From Gammaproteobacteria bacterium (GTDB lineage: Bacteria > Pseudomonadota > Gammaproteobacteria > JAADHQ01): 64,000 nucleotides of DNA. The position numbers and the translations under genes were made by a program. A model generated the notes under the pieces. The model was not told where the DNA came from. It was given only the letters and a program-made list of their open reading frames with translations, and searched no databases. Numbering within the stretch: position 1 is the stretch's first letter; each line of letters begins with the position of its first letter. This document shows, piece after piece, positions 32,241-45,089 of this stretch. Where the stretch lies: assembly GCA_011052215.1 (NCBI GenBank), contig DRJK01000127.1:652-64651 (forward strand). The letters run 5' to 3'.

Positions 32241-32993
32241 TTAATCCGCTGCCTGGCAGATTGCCAGAAAGCCTTCTGCCTGTAATGCAGCACCGCCGAT
32301 CAGGCCGCCGTCGATATCCGGCATGCCGAAGAGTTCCTTTGCATTGGAGCCGTTAACACTGCCACCATACTGGATCACCAGATTTTCCGCGATTGTAGCA
32401 TTCAGTGCAGACATCTTGCCACGAATAAACCGGTGAACCTCCTGCGCCTGTTCAGGTGAGGCCGTTTTGCCTGTGCCAATGGCCCAGACCGGCTCGTATG
32501 CAATAACAGCATCGGCAAATGCGTCAATACCTTCGAGATTGATCACCGCATCCAGCTGTCTGCCAACAACCTGTTCGGTAATACCACCTTCTCTTTCTTC
32601 CAGCAACTCTCCCACACATAAAATAGGCTTTAAACCGTTGCGGCGTGCCGCTGCAAAACGGGCTGCAACCATGTCATCCGATTCACCATACAGGCTCCTG
32701 CGTTCTGAATGACCAACAATGGCATAGCTACATCCAAATTCGTTCAGCATGGACCCTGATATCTCACCAGTGTAGGCCCCGCTGTCCTGTTCACAAATAT
32801 TTTGCGATCCAATTGCAATCCTTGAGCCTTCAACCAGTGCTGCAACTTCCGGAATAAAGATGGCAGGTGGGCAGACAGCGACCCCGGCCTGACTGACAGA
32901 ATCCATGCCTGCCTTGATTCCACCAATCAGCCCCCTGATACTGTCCAGCGACCCATTTAATTTCCAGTTTCCGGCTACCAGCTTTGTGCGCAT
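32241..32993 (-). CDS. tpiA: Triosephosphate isomerase
   Basis: 250 aa. AGNWKxN, the catalytic His/Glu region (GHSERR) and GGSV/GGA phosphate-binding motifs. Confidence 0.95.
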   Translation of the reverse strand: MRTKLVAGNWKLNGSLDSIRGLIGGIKAGMDSVSQAGVAVCPPAIFIPEVAALVEGSRIAIGSQNICEQDSGAYTGEISGSMLNEFGCSYAIVGHSERRSLYGESDDMVAARFAAARRNGLKPILCVGELLEEREGGITEQVVGRQLDAVINLEGIDAFADAVIAYEPVWAIGTGKTASPEQAQEVHRFIRGKMSALNATIAENLVIQYGGSVNGSNAKELFGMPDIDGGLIGGAALQAEGFLAICQAAD

Positions 32994-33112
32994 CTTACTG
33001 TCTCCAACATCGATAATCCCGCCATTAAAAATGACGGCAAGCTTACCGGTAATTGCCTAAGAAATCAATTATTTGATCGTTAGAGAGAGGTCGTTTGCAG
33101 GAAAATCAGGGG

Positions 33113-34453
33113 CTATCCGGAAGTAACCTTCTCAACAACCCGGGCCAGCTTACGTGCCAGCATGTCAACCTGTTCCGGCTCACGGCCCTCCACCATTACC
33201 CGCACAAGGGGCTCGGTACCGGACAGCCGGAGCAATACCCTGCCATTATCGCCCAATTCTGCCTCTACCTCCTTGACCGCACTATTGATTTTATCATCAG
33301 AGGCCGGGTCTATTCGCCTGGACATGGCTACGTTGATCAGTGTCTGCGGAAACTTGGTCATGCCGGATTTTAATTCATACAGGGTTTTTCCACTGCCTCT
33401 CATCGCTGCCAGAACCTGCAACGCCGAAATGGTGCCATCTCCTGTACTGATACAATCGAGACAGATAATATGGCCGGAACCTTCCCCGCCGATATTCGAT
33501 TCAGTGGACTTCAATAATTCCATGACATAGCGATCACCCACCTTGCTGCGATGAAATTCAACGCCTTCTTCACGCAACGCGATTTCCATTCCGAGGTTGG
33601 TCATTAATGTGCCGACCACACCCCCTTTCAAGGCCTTTCTGCGAACCCGGTCCATGGCTATGATAAACAGGATTTCATCACCATCCACAATTTCACCCTT
33701 TTCATCGACCATGATCAGTCGATCGCCATCACCATCCAGTCCTATGCCGACATCCGCACCCTGACTCAAGACCATTTCACGCATGGCCTCCGGTTTGGTC
33801 GAGCCCACATCCTGATTGATATTCAACCCATCAGGCTGGACGCCAATTGTAGTAACCCTGGCACCAATCTCGTCAAAAACATTAGGTGCCACCTGATAGG
33901 TTGCCCCATGTGCACAGTCAACAATGATATGCATTCCTTTCAGGCTAACACTGGAAGGAATCGTGCTTTTGCAGAACTCGATATAACGACCGCGCGCATC
34001 ATCCATGCGTTCGGCCTTGCCAAGCTGGTCAGAAGATACTGTTGTCATCGGTTCTTCCAGCATTTCTTCAATCATGAGCTCAACATCGTCCGCTAACTTC
34101 ATTCCATCAGCCGAGAAAAACTTGACACCATTATCATAAAACGGGTTATGTGAGGCACTGATAACGATGCCGGCATCGGCATGCAAGGTTCGGGTAAGGT
34201 AGGCAATGGCAGGCGTCGGGATGGGGCCAAGCAACAATATGTCAACACCGGCAGCAGACAGTCCCGCCTCCAGCGCAGATTCAAACATGTATCCGGAAAT
34301 ACGGGTATCCTTGCCAATAACAACCTTGCCATGGCCCCCGCGAGACAGTACCTTGCCCACAGCCCAGCCCAGTTTGAGCATAAAATCCGGCGTTATAGGG
34401 TGTTCACCCACCTTGCCCCGTACACCGTCTGTTCCAAAATACTTTTTCTTCAC
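33113..34453 (-). CDS. glmM: Phosphoglucosamine mutase
   Basis: 446 aa. FGTDGVRG N-terminus and the SASHNP active-site serine loop. Confidence 0.95.
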   Translation of the reverse strand: MKKKYFGTDGVRGKVGEHPITPDFMLKLGWAVGKVLSRGGHGKVVIGKDTRISGYMFESALEAGLSAAGVDILLLGPIPTPAIAYLTRTLHADAGIVISASHNPFYDNGVKFFSADGMKLADDVELMIEEMLEEPMTTVSSDQLGKAERMDDARGRYIEFCKSTIPSSVSLKGMHIIVDCAHGATYQVAPNVFDEIGARVTTIGVQPDGLNINQDVGSTKPEAMREMVLSQGADVGIGLDGDGDRLIMVDEKGEIVDGDEILFIIAMDRVRRKALKGGVVGTLMTNLGMEIALREEGVEFHRSKVGDRYVMELLKSTESNIGGEGSGHIICLDCISTGDGTISALQVLAAMRGSGKTLYELKSGMTKFPQTLINVAMSRRIDPASDDKINSAVKEVEAELGDNGRVLLRLSGTEPLVRVMVEGREPEQVDMLARKLARVVEKVTSG

Positions 34454-34487
34454 ACGTTAACCCCCTGCTTGCAATAAAGATAATATC

Positions 34488-35321
34488 TTAATCCGCGTCC
34501 CTTATTGCTGAAAAAATTCTGACTGCATCTACGGTTTCATCAACATCATGAACCCTGAGTATGGACACCCCTGCCGACAGGGCAAAACATGCCATTGTCA
34601 TACTGCCTGCCAGCCTTTGATCAACTTCTTTATCAAGAATAGCACCAATCATGCTCTTGCGTGACAGCCCTGCAAGCACAGGCACATCAAACTTTCCAAA
34701 CTCCGCAAGGTGTTTTAGTAATGACAGATTTTGTTGCAGTGTTTTACCAAAACCAAAACCAGGATCTACCAACAGCTTTTCCCTGCCCAGCCCGGCTTCA
34801 ATACAATGCCTGATCCTGTCCTGGAGAAAAAAATAAACATCTTCCACAACGTTTTTGTAACCGGGATTTTTCTGCATTGTCCCGGGCGTACCCTGCATAT
34901 GCATCAGGCATACCGGGACATTTAAATCTGCTGCTGTCTGTAATGCATGTTCTTTTTTTAATGCATAGACATCATTTATCATGCCTGCCCCCGCCTCAAC
35001 TGCATGTCGCATTATTTCCGCCTTGCTTGTGTCGACACATATAACCGCAGGTAAATCACGTTGCCTGAGCTTTTCTATGACCGGTATGACACGCCTTGTT
35101 TCTTCATCAAGCGAAACAGGCTGTGCCCCCGGCCTGGTCGACTCGCCGCCGATATCAACAAACATCGCGCCTGCTTCAACCATTTTTTCCGCATGATTGA
35201 CAGCAATATCCGGATCAACAAAACGCCCGCCATCAGAAAAAGAGTCCGGGGTAACGTTCAGAACGCCCATCACCTGCGGAGATGAAATATCCACTTTAAT
35301 ACCGGCACAGTCCAGTTGCAT
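34488..35321 (-). CDS. folP: Dihydropteroate synthase
   Basis: 277 aa. GxLNVTPDSFSDGG pterin-binding domain motif. Confidence 0.92.
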   Translation of the reverse strand: MQLDCAGIKVDISSPQVMGVLNVTPDSFSDGGRFVDPDIAVNHAEKMVEAGAMFVDIGGESTRPGAQPVSLDEETRRVIPVIEKLRQRDLPAVICVDTSKAEIMRHAVEAGAGMINDVYALKKEHALQTAADLNVPVCLMHMQGTPGTMQKNPGYKNVVEDVYFFLQDRIRHCIEAGLGREKLLVDPGFGFGKTLQQNLSLLKHLAEFGKFDVPVLAGLSRKSMIGAILDKEVDQRLAGSMTMACFALSAGVSILRVHDVDETVDAVRIFSAIRDAD

Positions 35322-35398
35322 TTTGTATTAACCAACCATGATAAAACAAATAAAAAAGCCGGTAGCAAAGCTACCGGCCTGCAATAATTATTTAATTA

Positions 35399-37330
35399 TT
35401 AATGTTCATTGGCTGCACCGCCAATGGAATGGCCCTTGTCAGTGCTGTCTTTTTCGTGACTTTTGGTTTTCTGTCCGTCGCTGTGGGTTTTATCTGAATC
35501 ATTCCAGTCCTCGGGTGGTTTTGGTGGTTTACCGTCCATTATATCTTTGATCTGATCCGAATCGATTGTTTCGTATTTCATCAGGGCTCCGGCCATGGCA
35601 TGCAGGATATCCATGTGCTCATTCAGAACTTTTTCTGAACGCCTGTAGTTGGTATCAACAATGGTACGAATTTCTTCATCAATATCATGTGCCGTTTCAT
35701 CTGAAATATTTTTATGCTGGGTAACGGAATGACCCAGGAAAACCTCACCATCCTCTTCGCCATAAGACAACGGACCCAGTTTTTCAGATAGTCCCCATTT
35801 GGTTACCATGCTACGCGCAAGCTCGGTTGCACGCTGAATATCATTTTGCGCACCGGTGGTAACAAAATCCTGCCCGAATATAAGTTCTTCTGCAATACGA
35901 CCACCGAACAGGCTGGATATCTGGCTATTTAACCTCTGTTTGCTATAACTGTAACGGTCTCCTTCGGGGAGGAACATGGTAATACCCAGCGCCCTGCCTC
36001 TTGGAATAATGGTCACCTTATATACAGGGTCATGTGAAGGCACACTCAGACCAACAATGGCATGACCCGCCTCGTGATAGGCCGTCAGTTTCTTTTCGTC
36101 CTCACTCATGACCATGGACTTGCGTTCTGCACCCATCATGATCTTGTCTTTTGCATTTTCAAAATCATCGTGTTCTACGAGACGTTTGTTGGCACGGGCC
36201 GCAAACAATGCCGCCTCATTTACAAGGTTGGCCAGATCTGCACCCGAAAAACCCGGTGTCCCCCTTGCAATCAGTGCGGGCTTTACATCATCGGCCAAAG
36301 GCACCTTGCGCATATGAACCTTGAGTATTTGCTCGCGTCCACGAACATCCGGTAATGGCACGACAACCTGGCGGTCGAAGCGACCGGGGCGCAGTAATGC
36401 AGGATCCAGCACATCAGGGCGGTTGGTCGCAGCAATCACGATAACGCCTTCATTGCCCTCAAAACCATCCATCTCAACCAGTAACTGATTCAGTGTCTGT
36501 TCACGCTCATCGTGCCCGCCTCCCAGGCCGGCACCACGGTGGCGTCCCACGGCATCAATCTCGTCGATAAAGATGATGCAGGGTGCGTGTTTCTTGGCCT
36601 GCTCAAACATATCGCGCACACGTGAAGCACCAACACCGACAAACATCTCGACGAAATCCGAGCCGGATATCGTAAAGAACGGCACCTTTGCTTCACCGGC
36701 AATGGCCCTGGCCAGCAACGTTTTACCCGTTCCCGGCGAACCCACCATCAAAACACCACTTGGAATCTTGCCACCCAGTTTCTGGAATTTGCCGGGGTCA
36801 CGTAGAAACTCGACCAGTTCGGCCACCTCTTCCTTGGCCTCCTCGACACCGGCGACATCATTGAAATTGATCTTGACCTGATCTTCACTCAGCATACGTG
36901 CCTTGCTCTTGCCAAAGGACATGGCACCACGGCCACCGCCGCCGCCCTGCATCTGGCGCATAAAGAAAATCCAGACTCCTATAAGGAGTAGCATCGGGAA
37001 CCATGAAATAAATATTTGTGACCACAGGGATGGGCGCTCGGGTGGGGTGGCCTCTATATTGACTTTATGATCAAACAAGTCCTTGTAGAGCCCTTTTTCA
37101 TCTCCGTTTGGGTAATAGGTGAGAAACTGTTGCCCGTCTGTATACTCGCCCTTGATGGCTCTGCCGGTAACGACAACCTTGCGGACACGCTCTCCGCGTA
37201 CCTGCTCAAGAAACTGTGAGTAAGTGGGTTTCTGGTAATTCGCGGTTGTCGGTCCGAACTGGTTAAAGACAGACATAAGAATGATGGCGATCACCACCCA
37301 CAGAATTATGTTTTTTGCCATATCACTCAA
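35399..37330 (-). CDS. ftsH: ATP-dependent zinc metalloprotease FtsH
   Basis: 643 aa. N-terminal TM and periplasmic domain, AAA+ domain (GPPGTGKT Walker A, SRH) and HEAGH zinc site. Confidence 0.97.
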   Translation of the reverse strand: MSDMAKNIILWVVIAIILMSVFNQFGPTTANYQKPTYSQFLEQVRGERVRKVVVTGRAIKGEYTDGQQFLTYYPNGDEKGLYKDLFDHKVNIEATPPERPSLWSQIFISWFPMLLLIGVWIFFMRQMQGGGGGRGAMSFGKSKARMLSEDQVKINFNDVAGVEEAKEEVAELVEFLRDPGKFQKLGGKIPSGVLMVGSPGTGKTLLARAIAGEAKVPFFTISGSDFVEMFVGVGASRVRDMFEQAKKHAPCIIFIDEIDAVGRHRGAGLGGGHDEREQTLNQLLVEMDGFEGNEGVIVIAATNRPDVLDPALLRPGRFDRQVVVPLPDVRGREQILKVHMRKVPLADDVKPALIARGTPGFSGADLANLVNEAALFAARANKRLVEHDDFENAKDKIMMGAERKSMVMSEDEKKLTAYHEAGHAIVGLSVPSHDPVYKVTIIPRGRALGITMFLPEGDRYSYSKQRLNSQISSLFGGRIAEELIFGQDFVTTGAQNDIQRATELARSMVTKWGLSEKLGPLSYGEEDGEVFLGHSVTQHKNISDETAHDIDEEIRTIVDTNYRRSEKVLNEHMDILHAMAGALMKYETIDSDQIKDIMDGKPPKPPEDWNDSDKTHSDGQKTKSHEKDSTDKGHSIGGAANEH

Positions 37331-37393
37331 TATAAAATCCTCATATAAACAATAGATTGTCGTCCATTCACCACAGTTTTGCCATTAAACATA

Positions 37394-38026
37394 CTACACT
37401 TCGAAACCTCTGGCCAGAATATAAATCTCATTGCTGCGGGGTCGTGAGGCCCGTGGTTTTCTGAATGTTACCTTATTAAATTGTGTCCTGACATCTTTTT
37501 CAAGTTCACTGTAACCTTCACCCTGAAATGCCTTGATCAGCATATCACCGTTTTTTTTCAGTATCTGTCTGGAAAGATCCAGGGCCAGCTCACACAGGTA
37601 CACAGACCTGGGCTGATCCACGGCGCTCTGACCACTGATATTGGGGGCCATATCCGAAATTACAAGGTCTACAGGGCAATTTTGCAATAATTTCAATAAC
37701 TTATCGAACACTTCTTGTTCCCGAAAATCACCCTGAATCAGTTCTACACCCTGTATCGGCTCAATCGGAAGGATGTCCAGCCCTATCATCCGACCTTTTT
37801 TCCCCAGAATTCTACTTCCGTACTGACACCAGCCCCCCGGTGCAGCGCCCAGATCCACGACCACCATACCCGGCTTGAGGATGGAGCCTTTTTTCTGGAT
37901 TTCATCCAGCTTGTAGACCGCACGTGAACGGTATCCTTCTTTTTGTGCACGCAAGACATACTCATCATCAAAATGCTCTTTCATCCAGCGCTGGCTACTC
38001 TTGCTACGTTTCATCCGCCGGAACAT
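37394..38026 (-). CDS. rlmE: 23S rRNA (uridine2552-2'-O)-methyltransferase RlmE/FtsJ
   Basis: 210 aa. SxxWxxEHFxDxYV...RSRAxxKLxEI N-terminus and an SAM-binding [11 protein letters not shown] motif. Confidence 0.93.
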   Translation of the reverse strand: MFRRMKRSKSSQRWMKEHFDDEYVLRAQKEGYRSRAVYKLDEIQKKGSILKPGMVVVDLGAAPGGWCQYGSRILGKKGRMIGLDILPIEPIQGVELIQGDFREQEVFDKLLKLLQNCPVDLVISDMAPNISGQSAVDQPRSVYLCELALDLSRQILKKNGDMLIKAFQGEGYSELEKDVRTQFNKVTFRKPRASRPRSNEIYILARGFEV

Positions 38027-38289
38027 CCACTATCGCTTTAACCACCCGGCGCGTCCTGACTATCAACCACAACGTGGATACAAATCCAAAGCCGGCCAGA
38101 TACAGAATCTGGATGAAAATTCCCTCGACCAGATAGGAAACAAGCAGCCATACGGGCACCGACAGAAACAGGATGATGGCGAGATCCAGTTTGACCGCGT
38201 TTAATGGGCTCGCAGGAACTGTCACGCCCGCCTGGTTGCGTGATAGACTTCCATTTTTCCTGGATTTGTCTTGCCTGGTTGAAATAGTC

Positions 38290-38577
38290 ATGATTACTGA
38301 AAAACAAAAACGTTTTTTACGCTCCCGTGCACATTCATTAAAACCGGTTGTCACCGCCGGTAATGCCGGCATCACTGCGGGTGTACTCAATGAAATTAAT
38401 CTCACCCTGTCCCGTCATGAGCTGATCAAGGTAAGGATCAGCGGTGCAGACCGGGTTGGGTTAAAAAGCATGACCGAACAAATCTGTAAGGAAACCAATG
38501 CCTCTGCTGTTCAGATCATTGGTCATATCGTCATCCTCTACCGGCCCGCTGATAAACCGGTTATTCAACTTCCCTGA
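38290..38577 (+). CDS. yhbY: RNA-binding protein YhbY (CRS1/YhbY CRM domain)
   Basis: MITEKQKRFLRSRAHSLKPVVTAGNAGIT...GHIVILYR matches YhbY. Divergent from rlmE as in E. coli. The ORF has a 39-codon upstream extension that is not used. Confidence 0.85.
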   Translation: MITEKQKRFLRSRAHSLKPVVTAGNAGITAGVLNEINLTLSRHELIKVRISGADRVGLKSMTEQICKETNASAVQIIGHIVILYRPADKPVIQLP

Positions 38578-39029
38578 ACAGGTGATCGCAGTCCGAAAAT
38601 CACCAACCCCAGGCCCAGCAGACTGTTAACAAGATACAGTATGGATGAAATACCGTGCAGGTGCCCGAATTCTGCCACCGCCTGACTACCTTCAACCAGA
38701 CCGGTCTGTTTCAACGCTGACATCATGGGTTGTAATACAAGCTGGCCTGTAAGGATCAATGCGATCATGCCAAGCAATACCCAGTGTCGAGGGTGACCGA
38801 ATTTTCCGGCAGGCCGAATAAAAACAAGACTGGCAAACAGGGCAAGACCGCTAATCAGGCCGATGTAAGCGGTGACTGTAAACACCTGCCCGGCAACCAT
38901 GCCTGCCATTTTTCGGTCGAGTGACTGAAACAGGATCGGCACCACCACGTAACCGGCAAACCACATTCCTCCTACCCACAAGGTTAACAGGATTTTTTCC
39001 AGTTGTATCTGAATGTTCTTTTTCAACAA
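38565..39029 (-). CDS. Small integral membrane protein, DUF4149-like (tentative)
   Basis: 154 aa with four predicted TM helices. It is inserted between greA and yhbY. Confidence 0.5.
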   Translation of the reverse strand: MLKKNIQIQLEKILLTLWVGGMWFAGYVVVPILFQSLDRKMAGMVAGQVFTVTAYIGLISGLALFASLVFIRPAGKFGHPRHWVLLGMIALILTGQLVLQPMMSALKQTGLVEGSQAVAEFGHLHGISSILYLVNSLLGLGLVIFGLRSPVQGS

Positions 39030-39506
39030 TTATTCGTGGCGGACTTCCACGATTTCCAGTTCCCGGTCACCGGCGGGTACCTTGGCTGTAACCACGTCAC
39101 CTTCCATTTTACTTATCAGGGCCCGGGCAATAGGCGAACCCACGGATATAAGCCCCTGCTTGATATCGGCCTCGTCTTCACCCACTATTTTATAGGTCAA
39201 CTCCTCCCCGGTATCTTCGTCTGCAAGCAAGACCGTTACACCGAAAATGACTTTACCTGTATGTGGAATCTGTGTGATATCAATGATCTGCGCATTAGAA
39301 AGCTTACCGTCGAAGTCAGAAATACGGGCCTCTATGAATCCCTGCTCCTCACGGGCAGCATGATATTCTGCATTCTCTTTCAGGTCTCCATGCGCCCTGG
39401 CCTCTGCGATCGCGGCTATAACGCGTGGCCTGTCTTCATTTTTGAGTTTTTTTAATTCCTCACGCATGGCGTCCGCGCCGTGTCTGGTTAACGGGACCTT
39501 ACTCAT
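39030..39506 (-). CDS. greA: Transcription elongation factor GreA
   Basis: 158 aa. N-terminal coiled-coil (LTxxGxxxLxxEL...L) and a C-terminal FKBP-like domain. Confidence 0.95.
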   Translation of the reverse strand: MSKVPLTRHGADAMREELKKLKNEDRPRVIAAIAEARAHGDLKENAEYHAAREEQGFIEARISDFDGKLSNAQIIDITQIPHTGKVIFGVTVLLADEDTGEELTYKIVGEDEADIKQGLISVGSPIARALISKMEGDVVTAKVPAGDRELEIVEVRHE

Positions 39507-42500
39507 GAACGAACCTCCTTATGTAACTCCTGAAGAACATGCACTGTTTCATCACCAGACTGTTGCAAGGCCAGACAAGTTGCCCTGGCACCCGCCACGG
39601 TTGTCGTGTAGGCCACCTTGTGCTGCAAGGCCGCACCCCTGATTGTATACGAATCTGCTATGGACTGTTTTCCTTCTGTGGTATTTATAATCAGGTTGAT
39701 TTCATCATTCTTGATTGCGTCAACTATATGTGGACGCCCCTCACCTACCTTGTTGACCGGCTCGACCTTGATGCCCGCATCATCAATCACTTTTGCCGTA
39801 CCACTTGTTGCAACAATCTCGAAACCAAGATCACTCAACTGTCTTGCAATCCCGGCAACTTCACCTCTGTCACTTTCACGCACGCTGACAAAGGCACGTC
39901 CCTTCACAGGCAGCTCTGCTCCGGCACCTGACTGCGCCTTGCCAAAGGCTTCACCAAAGGTCTTGCCAATGCCCATCACCTCACCGGTTGATTTCATCTC
40001 CGGTCCCAATAATGGATCGACACCCGGAAATTTCACAAACGGGAAAACGGCTTCCTTCACAGAAAAATAGGGTGGTATCACTTCCTTCCCGATTCCCTGC
40101 TCTTTCAGACCTTTACCCACCATACATCGTGCTGCAACCTTGGCAAGTGAAACACCGGTAGCCTTGGATACAAAAGGCACCGTTCTGGATGCGCGCGGAT
40201 TGACTTCGATAATATAGACCCTGCCATCCTGTATCGCAAACTGCGCATTCATCAAACCAACAACCTTGAGACTGTGCGCCATTGCCGTCATCTGTTCACG
40301 CAGGATGTCCTGAATTTCAGCACCAAGGGTATAGGGGGGTAATGAGCAGGCTGAATCCCCTGAATGCACACCGGCCTGTTCAATGTGTTCCATAATGCCA
40401 CCAATCAGGACATCCTTGCCATCACAAATAGCATCGACATCCACTTCAACCGCATTATCAAGGAAATGATCCAGCAGCACGGGTGATTCATTCGAAACCT
40501 GCACGGCCTCTCGCATGTATCGCTCCAGGTCATCCTCACCATATACAATCTCCATGGCACGGCCACCCAGCACGTAGGAAGGCCTGACCACCAGAGGATA
40601 GCCTACTTCACGCGCAAGTTCGATTGCCTCTTTTTCAGTGCGGGCAGTCCTGTTTGTAGGCTGCAACAGATCCAGCTCTTCAACCATTTTCTGAAAACGT
40701 TCACGATCCTCTGCCAGGTCGATGGAATCCGGGGTTGTACCTATAACAGGTGCGCCGGCAGCCTCCAGTGCACGGGCCAGTTTTAACGGTGTCTGGCCAC
40801 CATACTGAACAATAACACCCTCGGGTTTTTCCTTGTCAATGATTTCAAGCACATCTTCAAGCGTGAGGGGTTCAAAGTACAAACGATCCGAGGTGTCATA
40901 ATCCGTTGACACCGTCTCCGGGTTACAATTGACCATGATTGTCTCATAGCCATCCTCGCGCAGGGCCAGTGCTGCATGCACACAACAGTAATCGAACTCG
41001 ATACCCTGACCAATGCGGTTAGGCCCACCCCCCAGAACAACTATCTTTTTCCGTTGTGTGGGTTCTGCCTCGCATTCTTCCTCGTAGGTTGAATACAGAT
41101 AAGCCGTACTGGAAGCAAACTCGGCTGCACAGGTATCGACCCGCTTGTAAACAGGGTGGATACCAAGCTTATGCCTGGTTCCCCTGACCTCACTTTCAGT
41201 CTTGTTCAATAATGTTGCCAGGCGACTGTCGGCAAACCCCTTGCGTTTCAGGTAATAGAGACGATCCCTTTCAAGTGTGATGTTACCCTGCTTCCTGATC
41301 TCGGATTCCAGACTGACCAGTTCTTCAATCTGAACCAGAAACCAGGGATCGATTCTGGTCAAGTCAAAAATCTGTTCCACCGTCATACCAAAACGCATGG
41401 CATCCGCTACATACCAGAGCCGTTCTGCACTGGGCACCTGCAGTTCCCGCTGTAATACGGATTTCGTTTTGGCATCATTCAGATCAAGTATTTCATTAAA
41501 CCCGTCAGCACCTATCTCCAGTCCTCGCAGTGCCTTTTGCAGGGACTCCTGAAAGGTTCGGCCGATTGCCATAACCTCTCCCACCGATTTCATCTGGGTT
41601 GTCAGGCGCGGGTCGGCTTTCGGGAATTTCTCGAAGGTAAATCGTGGTATTTTTGTAACCACATAGTCAATACTGGGTTCAAACGAGGCCGGTGTTTCCC
41701 CGCCTGTTATTTCATTTTTCAGTTCATCCAGCGTATAACCAACGGCCAGCTTGGCGGCCACCTTGGCGATCGGAAAACCGGTTGCCTTTGATGCCAGCGC
41801 AGATGAACGCGATACACGCGGGTTCATCTCGATAATAATCATGCGACCGTTTTCAGGATTGATCGCAAACTGTACATTCGAGCCACCTGTTTCAACCCCG
41901 ATTTCACGCAAAACCGCCAGCGAGGCATTACGCATAATCTGGTATTCCTTGTCTGTCAGGGTCTGCGCAGGTGCAACCGTGATAGAGTCACCGGTGTGTA
42001 TACCCATCGGATCCAGGTTTTCGATCGAGCAAATAATGATGCAGTTGTCGTTACGATCGCGAACCACTTCCATTTCGTACTCTTTCCAGCCGGCAACGGA
42101 TTCCTCGATCAACAATTCATTTGTTGGCGACAGATCAAGCCCCCTTTCGCAAATCTCAATGAACTCTTCAGGATTGTAGGCAATGCCTCCACCACTCCCC
42201 CCCATTGTGAATGAGGGACGGATAACAGCGGGAAAACCGATATCTGCCTGTACCCTGTGTGCGTCTTCCATATTATGTGCTATCGCCGAGCGAGGCATAT
42301 CGAGCCCGATCTTTAGCATCGCCTGTCTGAACAAATCACGATCCTCGGCCTTGTCGATCGCCTTTTTATCGGCACCGATCATGTCTATATTATATTTTTC
42401 CAGGATGCCCTCACGATCCAGATCCAGCGCACAATTCAGTGCAGTCTGCCCACCCATGGTGGGTAACAGTACATCGGGGCGCTCCTTTTCAATGATACGC

Positions 42501-42724
42501 GCAACCGTTTTCCAGTTGACCGGTTCGATATAAACAACATCGGCTGTTTCCGGGTCCGTCATAATTGTGGCCGGGTTGGAATTAACCAGAATGACCTTGT
42601 AGCCTTCTTCGCGAAGGGACTTGCATGCCTGCGCACCGGAGTAATCAAACTCACATGCCTGACCGATGACAATCGGCCCGGCGCCGAGTATCAGGATACT
42701 TTTAATGTCTGTTCTTTTTGGCAT
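39503..42724 (-). CDS. carB: Carbamoyl-phosphate synthase large subunit
   Basis: 1073 aa. Duplicated ATP-grasp halves and a C-terminal MGS-like domain. Confidence 0.97.
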   Translation of the reverse strand: MPKRTDIKSILILGAGPIVIGQACEFDYSGAQACKSLREEGYKVILVNSNPATIMTDPETADVVYIEPVNWKTVARIIEKERPDVLLPTMGGQTALNCALDLDREGILEKYNIDMIGADKKAIDKAEDRDLFRQAMLKIGLDMPRSAIAHNMEDAHRVQADIGFPAVIRPSFTMGGSGGGIAYNPEEFIEICERGLDLSPTNELLIEESVAGWKEYEMEVVRDRNDNCIIICSIENLDPMGIHTGDSITVAPAQTLTDKEYQIMRNASLAVLREIGVETGGSNVQFAINPENGRMIIIEMNPRVSRSSALASKATGFPIAKVAAKLAVGYTLDELKNEITGGETPASFEPSIDYVVTKIPRFTFEKFPKADPRLTTQMKSVGEVMAIGRTFQESLQKALRGLEIGADGFNEILDLNDAKTKSVLQRELQVPSAERLWYVADAMRFGMTVEQIFDLTRIDPWFLVQIEELVSLESEIRKQGNITLERDRLYYLKRKGFADSRLATLLNKTESEVRGTRHKLGIHPVYKRVDTCAAEFASSTAYLYSTYEEECEAEPTQRKKIVVLGGGPNRIGQGIEFDYCCVHAALALREDGYETIMVNCNPETVSTDYDTSDRLYFEPLTLEDVLEIIDKEKPEGVIVQYGGQTPLKLARALEAAGAPVIGTTPDSIDLAEDRERFQKMVEELDLLQPTNRTARTEKEAIELAREVGYPLVVRPSYVLGGRAMEIVYGEDDLERYMREAVQVSNESPVLLDHFLDNAVEVDVDAICDGKDVLIGGIMEHIEQAGVHSGDSACSLPPYTLGAEIQDILREQMTAMAHSLKVVGLMNAQFAIQDGRVYIIEVNPRASRTVPFVSKATGVSLAKVAARCMVGKGLKEQGIGKEVIPPYFSVKEAVFPFVKFPGVDPLLGPEMKSTGEVMGIGKTFGEAFGKAQSGAGAELPVKGRAFVSVRESDRGEVAGIARQLSDLGFEIVATSGTAKVIDDAGIKVEPVNKVGEGRPHIVDAIKNDEINLIINTTEGKQSIADSYTIRGAALQHKVAYTTTVAGARATCLALQQSGDETVHVLQELHKEVRS

Positions 42725-42729
42725 AATGG

Positions 42730-43878
42730 TTACTTGTTTTTGTGAGCTTCAATCAAGTCAATAAAGTGATCAAACAACGGTGCCACATCATGTGGTCCCG
42801 GGCTGGCCTCGGGGTGCCCCTGAAAACTGAATGCAGGAATGTCGGTACGATGCACCCCCTGCAAGGAACCATCGAACAATGAGCGGTGGGTCGCCTGCAA
42901 GTTATCGGGCAGGGTTTGTTCATCGACTGCAAATCCATGGTTCTGGCTGCTGATCATGACCGTTCCTGTTTCAATATCCTGTACCGGATGATTGGCACCA
43001 TGGTGACCAAATTTCATCTTGACTGTTTTCGCTCCACAGGCCAGTGATAACAACTGATGCCCCAGACAAATGCCAAATACCGGAATTCCACTATTCATCA
43101 GCTCCTGGATGGCACGAATGGCATAATCACATGGTTCCGGGTCACCCGGGCCATTCGACAGGAAAATACCATCAGGATTCAGGGCAAGCACTTCGCTGGC
43201 CGGCATCTGTGCCGGTACGACCTGTACCTGGCAACCCCGGTCCACCAGCATACGCAGGATGTTACGTTTTACACCATAATCAAAGGCAACCACCTTGTGG
43301 GTCAGTTTTTCATCAATCGGATGTAGCGCTTCTGGCATGCCGTTTTGCAGGGTCCAGGTACCCTGAACCCATTCATAAGGGGCGCGGGTCGTCACCTCTT
43401 TTGCCAGATCCATGCCTTTCAGGCCGGGGAACGCCCGGGCTGATTCAATGGCGGCATCGGCATCGATATGATCCCCGGCCACGATACAGCCACCCTGGGC
43501 ACCTTTTTCGCGCAGAATTCGGGTCAAACGCCGGGTATCAATGTCACAAATACCTATGACATTGTTTTTCTTCAAATATTTTTCCAGTGACAATTGATTG
43601 CGCCAGCTACTGGCCAGCAGGGGCACATCCCGAACCACCAGCCCGCTGGATACGATAGTGGATGATTCTTCATCGTCGTCATTGGTACCGACATTGCCGA
43701 TATGCGGGCAGGTCAATGTCACGATTTGTTTACAGTAGGAAGGATCGGTCAGGATTTCCTGATAGCCGGTCAGGGCGGTATTAAAGACCACCTCTCCCGT
43801 CGTTTGACCATCAATACCAATGGATTGCCCCCGGAACAGGCTTCCATCTTCAAGGACCAGTAAAGCTGGCTTTCGCAA
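42730..43878 (-). CDS. carA: Carbamoyl-phosphate synthase small subunit (glutamine amidotransferase)
   Basis: 382 aa. GATase class I Cys-His-Glu triad (GICLGHQ). TTG start with an AGGAGA RBS. Confidence 0.95.
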   Translation of the reverse strand: MRKPALLVLEDGSLFRGQSIGIDGQTTGEVVFNTALTGYQEILTDPSYCKQIVTLTCPHIGNVGTNDDDEESSTIVSSGLVVRDVPLLASSWRNQLSLEKYLKKNNVIGICDIDTRRLTRILREKGAQGGCIVAGDHIDADAAIESARAFPGLKGMDLAKEVTTRAPYEWVQGTWTLQNGMPEALHPIDEKLTHKVVAFDYGVKRNILRMLVDRGCQVQVVPAQMPASEVLALNPDGIFLSNGPGDPEPCDYAIRAIQELMNSGIPVFGICLGHQLLSLACGAKTVKMKFGHHGANHPVQDIETGTVMISSQNHGFAVDEQTLPDNLQATHRSLFDGSLQGVHRTDIPAFSFQGHPEASPGPHDVAPLFDHFIDLIEAHKNK

Positions 43879-43905
43879 CAGAATCTCCTAAAAAAACTGG
43901 CACGC

Positions 43906-43936
43906 ACAAAAAAGGAGGTACCCGACAGGTGCCTCC
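43906..43936 (-). terminator. Putative rho-independent terminator after dapB, immediately upstream of carA
   Basis: On the minus strand, GGAGGCACCTGTCGGGTACCTCC (8-bp stem including one GU pair) is followed by TTTTTTGTG. It lies ~30 nt upstream of the carA RBS. Confidence 0.45.
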
Positions 43937-44029
43937 CGCTTCAACATCGGCCATCCGGCCAAGGTGCAGGTGGCTTATTTTACTGAATTCCACCTCAGGA
44001 TTAAAGACCGATTCGGGTTAAATCCCGAT

Positions 44030-44845
<816 letters not shown>

Positions 44846-44858
44846 TTAAATAATTATA

Positions 44859-45089
44859 CTGCTGTCACGTTAACCTGTAACAAGTATAGTTGAAACGTAA
44901 ACGGCAAGTCGGTTTTGAGCTAAACAGGGCATTGCGGACATGAAACCGGCATAGCCAGATCAAGACACGCAAAAGATGCCATCCCTGGCCGCTCGGCCGC
45001 CGCATCCCTGCGGCAGACGGTCTTTATCTGGCTATGCCGGTTTCATGTCCTCACATTGATGCTCGCTGCAAAAGTTAACGGGACAGCAG
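44859..45089. repeat. Intergenic repeat element copy A (full length, MITE-like, with 16-bp terminal inverted repeats and a perfect 25-bp internal stem)
   Basis: Termini CTGCTGTCACGTTAAC / GTTAACGGGACAGCAG. The internal arms 44936-44960 and 45006-45030 are perfect reverse complements. Its reverse complement aligns along most of its length with the copies at 53007-53115 and 59047-59243. Confidence 0.6.
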
